Below the pieces are notes generated by a model. It saw only the letters and a list, made by a program, of their open reading frames with translations, had not been told where the DNA came from and ran no database searches. From contig JAQFVV010000003.1 of the NCBI GenBank assembly GCA_028023455.1, positions 26,598,001 through 26,662,000 of the forward strand: a stretch of 64,000 bases of DNA, given 5' to 3'. This stretch comes from Epiperipatus broadwayi (lineage: Eukaryota > Animalia > Onychophora). Shown piece after piece: positions 55,141 through 64,000 of this stretch. Made by a program: the position numbers and the translations under genes. Each line of letters starts with the position of its first letter. Positions within the stretch are counted from its first letter, which is position 1.

Positions 55141-58100
55141 GTAAGTATCTTGCTATTGATATAACTATTGAGGAATATGCATTGTATATATATATACATC
55201 AACAATTTTTGCCTTTTTTATGATATATACTTCAAGTATATCCTGAAGTTTTGAATCCAAGATAATCTTATTTATATAGCTCTTAATATAGATATTGAAT
55301 TTATCCTGGGAGTGCTTGTGATACATTGTTTGAGATATTGTCATGTCAAGAAAAATTATTGAAAAGGGCAATTAGAATTGTGAATGAAGAACTTATATAG
55401 ATTTCGAAGTTAGTTTTGAAAAGTTATCGAAAAGATTTAAGCATATTTATTTATTTATTTTTAAATTAAAATATAGAATAGAAAGAGAGAGAAAAAAAAT
55501 AGACAAAGAACATAATTGAATGAGAATCTTGCAACTAAATAGTTGAAAAATATATCAGATTTTGGGAGAAAATTGCCTAATAGCATAAATTATGATGAGT
55601 AAGAGAACTCCAAAATGGAAAGTATTTGATAAGATTTTTTTTTGTTTGTTTGTTTTTTAGAGCAGTCACAATTAGAGTATTTATTTTTACAAAATCACTC
55701 AACCTATAGTAGTATAAATATTTCATTATCAGATATGTTTTTGTTTTACAAATTATTATTTAAAGTTAAAAGGTTAATAAAGTTATTATCCATTTGAATA
55801 AATACAATTCATCAGTTTAGAAAACAAATTACTTTTTTGTGGGTGTGATATATTGTGACGTTGCAATTAAGTAAAAAGACGCATTGGTTGTATTTTATAA
55901 ACATACTTTTTATAGCAACCAATGCTACAGGGTCAAATGCAGTTAAATATTCCAGACTGCAGTCATGACTAGGAATTAGTATCAAATTCAAATAATTACT
56001 GATGCAAGTTTTCTATATCATTTTAATATAATTTCTAAAATTTGTTAATTTCTTTTAACAACCCACATTTATTATAATATTACATTTCCTATGAAACCAT
56101 ATTTTTAAATAAAGATATATTTCATAAGTGTGTCTTTTGAATACATTTATAAAAAGAATTGCAAGAAAAATATAAGTGAATCTTTGTCAAAGGACTAAAC
56201 ATTATCTTTTTTATTTTGAATTATTAAAATTTGATCTTGAAACTTTTTTTCCATTGATAAATGCTTTTTTTCTTTTTTTGCATATGAACTTATCTCCCAA
56301 TTTTTGTTAGATAAATCTAAATATTCAATCAGAGTAGAATTAATTTATCTGATCTTAATACATACTGTTTTTGGGCGTCAACAAGAGCTTAATTATAAGA
56401 ATACTAGACTGGATAGTAAGATATATAAGGATTCATGTAACATGTCACTTGATGAATATCAACATTTTATTCATACAATAGAATAAGAATGACTAATGAG
56501 AAAAATAATTGTTAGAATAATAATAAACTATACAGAAAAAGAATCAGAATTAAAACCAATTCTATTTTTATGTTGCACTTCAAGTATACAATAGTCAAAT
56601 ATGTTTAAAAATACATATATACAAGCAACAAAGATTACAAATTATAAAATTATTATATAAAAGCCTTTTTCGGCAAATTATGTTTTTTTGCCCTTTTCAA
56701 AATCCATACTTAATAATTATTGTATTTAATTACATTTGTTTAAATTAATTCACATTATGAAGAATATATGAATCTTTTTTTTAAAAAATAACTTGCCTGC
56801 TATAACTAATTTTAGTTATATATTGGACTGCATTTTACCAAATTTACTGTATTGAAATGAAACAAGTACCTTCTCTCATCATAACATAAAGTCAATTACA
56901 ATATTTCATTTACTGATTCTTATAATATTCTGAAAACCTGTTATCATGAGTCACAAAAACTATCAACACATCCTTCTGATTGCTAGATGCAATGAGATAT
57001 CAAATCTAATTATAAAGTCATATTTTTATTATAATGTAAAGTGAATGAATAGTAACAAGTTTTCTAAAAAAAAACATTTTCTGGAAACTTAAACATGGGT
57101 TTAGTAAGAAAAGCATATCTCATTTATATTGTAAGCTTATCTCAAAGACATTCATAAAAGATGTAATAGTGATTTCTTTTATTGGGAGAAGGTAAGCAAG
57201 ATTGGAATACAGTGCAGAGCTCCACTTGACTAAGTATAAGAAGTTTTTCAGAAAGAAATGTTAAAAGATAGTCTTGTACAATGACAACTAATAGACTAAA
57301 AGTTTGTTATAGGATATATGTAAATGTATTTCTGTTTGGCAGATTAATTTGTGCAGTCATATCAGAATTTAGTTTATAACTTTTTATTCTTAAAAAAAAA
57401 TGATCATATTCATTCATAAGTGTTTTCTAGCATTGAAAAGTGAATCATAATTTTTTGTACTTTTGATATTAAAAATTAAGATTCAAAAGTACATGCTGCA
57501 TTGCATTAATAACAATTTTTAGTAATTAGATGGATATATACTTAATAGTTAGACTAATACTAAGTTACAGCTACTCATCAGATTTAGAAATTGGATAATA
57601 AAAGATTAAATTATAATGATTGATATGAAATTATAAACACATGTATTAATCAAATTGATCGTACTCTCTAAATAATAGCACTCTCAGTTTGAAGTGTGAT
57701 TAATTGAATCAGTGGTAAAATAGCTTACTAATAATCAAAAATTCTGTTTTTAATTTTAACAAGGGGAGGAACATGAATCATAATTCTTAATATTTTTGAT
57801 ATTAATAGTAGAATTCATAAATATTTGTAGTATTAAATTAATTAGATCTCATGTTAATTAGATGCATATGTATTTAACAGTTGTATTAGAGTTAAATTAT
57901 AGTCACACTTTAGAGGCATTATAAGGTGTATAATGATAAATGCTGATCTGTTAATCAAAATGTTTGTAAGTGGTGATATTTTTATTTGATGAGTGATTAA
58001 TTTACTGATGAGTAAAAATTTGTGAATGAATCTGATAGAAAAAGGGGAATAAATTTTGATTCTTAATACTTTTGATATTAAGAATTACAATTCATAAGCA

Positions 58101-58593
58101 GTAGTTTATAGAATTAATAATAACTCTTACTGCTTAGATATAAATATAATTAATAATTGGATTAAAAATATAATCATATGTCAGTGTTGTTAGAAGTTGA
58201 TTAATAGATGATTAAATTAATAATGAAATTACAAACAATAATATATTTATTAGTATGGTCTTCTAAATTGTATAGATTCACTACTCATGGAAATAGACAA
58301 TAATATAACTAATAATGAATGGCATTAACATAATCTGAGAACCTGCAAAAAGAATAAATAAATAATGTATTTTTCCATAACTTTGGACTCTGAATGGCTC
58401 ATTACTGATACAACAAAATTATTTATCTCATTGCTAGCCATTTCTTTTTTATTTTTAGTCTCAAATTTTCGGAGTATTATATATACTTATTAGAAGTAAA
58501 TTGGTGTATCCAAAATGAGAAAACTTATAAAACTTAATAAAATAGTATTTATTATTAAAAAAAACTGTATCAAATATAATATAACATATTTTG

Positions 58594-59573
58594 TAAATGA
58601 GACATTTATTTTATATAGGGCGATGTTTATGAATTGTAATAAACTAAAGATCAGCTTTTCAAGCTAATTCACATGCGCTTTATGAATCTTAATAATAAAT
58701 GAATACTTTCACTTCCAACACAAGATACAGTCTTTGCGAAAGAATAGAATGAATTCACCTATTTTTTCAACCCAAATGCTTAAGTATGGGCAAATCTTAA
58801 GTACTGAAAATGAAAGTGTAAAGATAAACCAATCATTTTAAATTACTTTTTACCATGTCTGAACGAATGACGCCTGCAAATTTTTTTAGAATTTACGATA
58901 TGTCATTTTTAAATGAAATTAAACATATATAAATGAGATATTTATTTTATATAGCGTGATGTTTATGAATTGTAATAAACTAAAGATCAGTTTTTCAAGC
59001 TAATTTAAAGTGATTGGTTTATCTTAATGCTTTCATTTTCAGTGCTTAAGATTTGCCCATACTTAAGCATTTCGGTTGAAAGAATAGGTGGATTCATTCT
59101 ATTTTTTTGCAAAGACTTTATCTTGTATTGGAAGTGAAAGTATTCATTTATTATTAAGTATTGGAAGTGAAAGTATTCATTTATTATTAAGATTCATACA
59201 ACGCATGTGAATTAGCTTGAAAAACTGATCTTTAGTTTATTACAATTCATAAACATTGTGCTATATAAAATAAATGTCTCATTTGCATATGTTTAGTTTC
59301 ATTTAAGAATGACGTATCATAATTTCTTGAAAATTTTGCAGGCGTCATTTGTTCAGACATTGTAAAAAGTAATTTAAAGTATTTGGTTTATCTTCATGCT
59401 TTCATTTCCAATGCTTAAGATTTTCCCATACTTAAGCATTTGGGTTGAAAGAATAGGTGGATTCATTCTATTCTTTCGCAAAGTCTTTATCTTGTGTTGG
59501 AAGTGAAAGTATTCATTTATTATTAAGATTCATAAAGCGCATGTGAATTAGCTTGAAAAGCTGATCTTTAGTT
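58594..59573. mobile_element. Family C non-coding tandem-monomer element (~336-bp unit) with inversion and 14-bp TSD
   Basis: Tandem at 58595/58931; orientation flips at 59001-59005 (shared taatt); about 1.7 inverted units to 59573. TSD tataacatattttg (58580-58593 / 59574-59587). Confidence 0.88.
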
Positions 59574-61373
59574 TATAACATATTTTGCTATGTGATATTT
59601 TAAAAACATGTAAAATTATTTTTATAGTCATTGTGTAAAGAAATTTCATATCAAGTTATATAATTTAGATTCTATTCTAAATATTATTTAGATTATCAGT
59701 GTTTCATAAGTAATATACAATTGTAGACTTTATTTTGTAATTTTTACAAAAGAAACAGTGTGTACTTTTATTATTTATTTATTTAGCATATAGAATTTTT
59801 TAAACAACTAACTATTAACAAAATATCATAAAAGAGATAGATTCACTAGTGACTTTATTAAAATTGTTCAATTCTGCCACTGTAGCCATTGATTCAAAAT
59901 ACATTGGTTATGTTGTTCATAATTTATGTTTAACAATATTTACTTAAATCAATAGCTGCTAAATTCTGTTATGAACAAATGAATGTAATGACCATGAGTT
60001 ATCCTGAATCTTATAGAGTTCCATTTTTTATACCATAATTTTTTTGTATGGTCTTGATTGAATATTCTAAAAGGGAATCTTGATATGAAGCAAGTTTTTG
60101 ATAGTGAAACTTTATCAGAAATATTGTCAAGTTCAATCTACTTGTCAGCTTTTAATATATTTTATGTGAAGGAAGTTTTCTTCTGCTATTTGGCAGAGTA
60201 ATATATGAAAGAAGAGAAAGCCTCTGCAAAGAAGTAGATCTTGTGTGCCATTAATATTAGTTATTCTGCTTTTTATAGTTAATTTTTACAAGATTTATAT
60301 TTTATTAGCCTGTATAATTCAACTAGTATCTTATGCTTTTCTTAAGATATGTATTTATATATGTAATTAGAAGGATTTGAACTCAGACTTGTGAAATTAA
60401 ACATATTAGAAACGTATTATAAAAATAATATAATATATTTATGTAATCAATGTAGGGCATTCTAAATATGTTAATCATATATCCAATGCCCAACAAAGAA
60501 GCAAAAATGTTCTATATTCCATAGATAACTGAAATACAGGCTTATTATATACCTATATTAATATATGTAATATACAGGATATATGAGCACAGACTTTCAC
60601 ACAGCCCATCACTCTCCACTCTATCTCATAACACTGATACACTTGAACACATATATGTCGAAAAGATAAACAATCACCAATATTATATATTTTATGCTAA
60701 ACCAGCAATCATAAGTTGGTCCAGATTATCATCTTCTGACATATATGCAATAAGTTCTCAGATATATATTAAGATTGCCAATTTTCATACTTTAATGGAC
60801 AGGTTTCAATCCACTCCAACTCTACCCATCCATCCAATTGAAAATTCTGATGATGGAAAATGCTCAAAGGTCACCCTGAAGCCGAGATTCTCATCACACC
60901 CATGTTGACCTAAAGTCAATCTGACCCCTCATATACAGGACATAATTCATTTAATACATAAACAAGGGATGGGCAGACATCTCTACATGTAATAACTGAA
61001 ATATTGGCTTATTATATATCTATATTAATATATGTAATATACAGGGTATATGGGCACAGATTTTCACACAGCCCACCACTCTCCACTCTATCTCATAACA
61101 CTGATACACTTTAAAACATATATGTTGAAAAGATAAATGTATTAAATGGATTTTGTCCTGTACAAGAGGGGTCAGATTGACTTTAGGTCAACATGGATGT
61201 GATGAGAATCTTGGCCTCAGGGTGGCCTTTGAGCATTTCCATATTCAGATTTTAATTGGATGGATGGTTGAAGAGTCATAGTGGATTGAAGCCTCTCCAT
61301 TAAAGGATGAAGATTGACTATCTTAATATATATCTGAGCACTTATTGATATATGTGTGGAGATGATAATCTGG

Positions 61374-61417
61374 ACCAACTGATGATTACTGGTTTAGCGT
61401 GAAATATGTATATTGGT
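61374..61417 (+). ncRNA. Family B hammerhead, core intact but helix II decayed
   Basis: ACCAA-CUGAUGA-UUACU[GGUUU]AGCGU-GAAA-UAUGUAUA^-UUGGU. A further decayed copy lies on minus at ~60676-60720. Confidence 0.55.
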
Positions 61418-61450
61418 GATTGTTTATCTTTTTGACATATATGTGTTCAA

Positions 61451-62420
61451 CCACTAAACATCACATGATCACTATCTCTTATACTAGCACATAATTGTTA
61501 ATAAACAAGGCAAAACTCTCCATACAGTAGTGCTACCTTGTGCCAACCAGAGTAATCAATGGATGCCAGAAGGCTTGTGCATAAAATCCCTATTTAGTGC
61601 CTACTCATTCAATATCCCCAGACTAGTTTCTGGCTTGTGGCCTTCATTAGTGATGAGCCTTGGATCTGAGAGCACTGAACCTAGATCTTACGATTTAACG
61701 CAACCCTCCAGCAGCCACCTTTTAACTCTATTTAACTATAAAACTATGAGAATGAAATTGAAAAGACAATATTTTCAATCTAGCTCAATACATTTTATAG
61801 TCATATGGGTCTGAACTCAGTTCAGCACTCATATATTTTGGTGTCATTGGCTCTTTAATAACCATAGCCACCAATATCCTATTAGGCAGGATTGGTATTA
61901 AACCACTAAAATCACATGATCACTATTTCTTATACTAGCACACTTGTTAATAAACAAGGCAAAACTCTCCATACAGTAGAGCCACCCTGTGCCAACCAGA
62001 GTAATCAATGGATGACAGAAGGCTATCTAGTGCCTATTTATCCAATATCCCAAGACTAGTTTCAGGCTTGTGGCCTTTGTCAGTGAGGAGCCATAGCCAC
62101 CACTATCTTATTAGGCATGATTGGTGTTAAACCACTAAACATCACATGAAATATTATGTTTTCAATTTCATTCTCATAGTTTTGTAGTTAAGTAGAGTTA
62201 AAAAGTAGCTGCTGGAGAGTTGCATTAGATCCTAAGATCTAGGTGCAGTGCTCTCAGATCCAAGGCTCCTCACTGACGAAGGCCACAAGACAGAAACTAG
62301 TCTGGGGATATTGGATGAGTAGGCACTAGATAGGGATTTTATGCACAAGCCTTCTGGCATCCATTGATTACTCTGGTTGGCACAGGGTGGCACTACTGTA
62401 TGGAGAGTTTTGCCTTGTTT
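61451..62420. mobile_element. Family A hammerhead element: tandem monomers (452-bp period) plus inverted segment, 14-bp TSD
   Basis: ccactaaa.atcacatga recurs at 61451, 61903 and ~62132; inversion at ~62150. TSD atatatgtgttcaa (61437-61450 / 62421-62434). Hammerhead copies at 61615-61656 (-), 62048-62089 (-) and 62267-62308 (+). Confidence 0.9.
62267..62308 (+). ncRNA. Family A hammerhead (CUGACGA core)
   Basis: UCCUCA-CUGACGA-AGGC[CACAA]GACA-GAAAC[UA]GUC^-UGGGGA; helix II weakened by a substitution. Confidence 0.6.
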
Positions 62421-62759
62421 ATATATGTGTTCAAGTATATCAGGGTTATGAGATAGAGTAGAGAGTGGTTGGCTGTGGGAAAGTCTGTGCTCATATACCT
62501 TGTATATTATATATTCCATAGTCTATGTATTGCATATGAAGGCCCATTCACCTTTCTTAAGTATATAAATATAAATGCTTAATAAGTCTATGATAAAAAT
62601 GGCCCTAAAGGATTATGACCTAGGATATGGAAACCAAATGACTAGAAATGGAACAATCCCAATTTTTTTTTTTATATGAGTAAATCTTATTAAGACTAAA
62701 CAAAAAAACCCACAAAATATGAATTTAAATTCATGTAAGGAGTCATTAGGATTATGATA

Positions 62760-63150
62760 AATCAGATTGAAGGATGAAAGTGTTAAGGAGGATAATGCAC
62801 AATGTGGAACCAGTCTTTAAAATATATTTGAGAAATGAACTCTTGGAAACAATCGTAGCTTTGTTTCTAGAACCCATAACGAAGTATACCATCATCATGG
62901 AAATGGAGACTGATGACTTTAATAACAAGTTGTTCCATTCAGGAATGAATGACAACTAACACGTTTAATGGATGCCAGGGAATATCCAGTCAGTCCCAAG
63001 GTTAAGGAGTAGGATTGGCACCATTAGACAGATCTAAACATAAATAATGCATAGGTTAGCTAAAGGAAAATTTAGTTACAGATAATCAGATCTTCCACCA
63101 TGTAAGCCTTTGGTATACCATCCTAGAAATAGTAAATATGATCTTAAGTG
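62760..63150 (+). pseudogene. Possible DIRS-like RNase H remnant
   Basis: RNELLETIVALF.EPI....MEMETDD...HSG and KENLVTD follow the spacing of DIRS RNase H (N.LEL.AV..AL..F....V.I.TDN...QG; G.EN..AD); disrupted. Confidence 0.4.
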
Positions 63151-63399
63151 ACTAAGATGTAATTTACAATACCAAATATATTAACAAAGACACCTAGTGT
63201 GAAAAAAAATATATATGTACTTCTGAAAGTGAAATGAAAGTAAGTAATCATGATTCTAATCCTGCATGATAGGTCAATAATAGCACACCAATCTTGAACC
63301 AAAGTTTTTTTTTGAAAAAAGGAAAATAAAATAAAAATATTTTAAGGAATGAAGCTAAAAGCAAAATAAATATATACCTTAACCTTATTATACCAACTA

Positions 63400-63900
63400 C
63401 TGACCACCCTCACAAAGCACCTATCGATTGAGAAAAAAGATCAAATAGAGGTCCGAAATGCTACTAAAAAATGAAAATAAAAACAAAACTAAGTGAGAAT
63501 TAAATCCAAACATGTTATATTTATTTTAATCTCTTATGTGTGTGCGGTGTCAAGATACACTTAACCGACCACACAAAAATCACCGCTCACACATACATCA
63601 TAAAGACAGAATCTACCAACACAAGCAAAAACATATTATTGATTATAAGTTAGTATGTTTGTTTAAATTGTCGGTTAAAATTATATTATTGACAACACTA
63701 ATTTATATGTATACCAAATCCTTAAATGCAAGCAAGTAAAAATCTCAAAAAAACAAAGAAAGAAATCATTAATGTTAAATTGTTTTATTATTATTATCAT
63801 CATCATTATTATTATTAATAATCCAGCATAAAATTATAAAAAGATCAAAATGACGTTGGCAATGAAAGCAAAGCGCGAACTTGAAACTCATGATCTAAAA
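63400..63900. promoter_or_regulatory. CpG-retaining patch near the window end (possible promoter/5' region)
   Basis: Cluster of about ten CpGs (atcgat, gtccga, tgcggt, accgac, accgct, gcgcga) in a CpG-poor background. Confidence 0.3.
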
Positions 63901-64000
63901 ATAAAAACATAAGACAAGATAGAAAACTTTTGTTCTTTTTAAGACAAAAAAGAAGGCAAATAAATTACATTATCAAGAAAAGATACTTGATAAATTCTTA

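Larger units (their letters stand above)
60525..62509. mobile_element. Family B hammerhead element: ~1.3 tandem monomers (467-bp period) plus inverted partial monomer, 12-bp TSD, carrying a nested family A insertion
   Basis: ataactgaaata recurs at 60525 and 60992; orientation flips at ~61137; the inverted copy resumes at 62421 after the A insert. TSD tatattccatag (60513-60524 / 62510-62521). Confidence 0.88.

Noticed and set aside
57430-58260. Degenerate ~280-330-bp repeats containing isolated ctgatgag words
   Set aside because: Periodicity is weak and there is no downstream helix II/GAAA.
58855-58920. ctgaacga-atgacg...cgtcat-tcttaaat-gaaac in family C resembling a hammerhead
   Set aside because: Extra base in the core, 8-nt gap before GAAA, and it lies on the strand opposite the inferred RNA.
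61530-62519. ORF-track peptides MPCANQSNQW...GSESTAPRS (also 12006-12200)
   Set aside because: Frames running antisense to the hammerhead strand of the family A repeat, with different non-ATG starts and ends in each copy; no sign of coding function.
1-64000. CRISPR array, rRNA or tRNA genes
   Set aside because: No constant-repeat/unique-spacer array, no rRNA-like segment and no cloverleaf seen; the sequence is eukaryotic.

Overview
This is very AT-rich, strongly CpG-depleted eukaryotic (animal-like) DNA made up mostly of decayed mobile elements. Recognisable elements: one full-length but frameshifted RTE LINE (31.1-34.3 kb, minus) plus several RTE fragments; Penelope-like element (PLE) RT/GIY-YIG relics; CR1-like and L1/Tx1-like LINE relics; hAT and mariner remnants; a hAT MITE; and a possible DIRS relic. 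No host gene can be named; only low-confidence candidate exons and three CpG-retaining, promoter-like patches are visible. The main signal is a set of small non-coding tandem-monomer elements (families A ~452 bp, B ~467 bp, C ~336 bp). They share one architecture: tandem monomers, an internal inversion with both ends pointing outward, and 12-14 bp target-site duplications; A and B also reuse the same ends in separate copies. Families A and B each carry a minimal type I hammerhead ribozyme with a palindromic helix III, A is nested inside B, and C shows no recognisable ribozyme. The RTE 5' end coincides with a predicted HDV-like ribozyme. A ~7.4 kb nested inverted repeat surrounds a PLE 3' fragment and a CpG-retaining patch. 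All calls come from manual reading and alignment; no database searches or folding programs were run.
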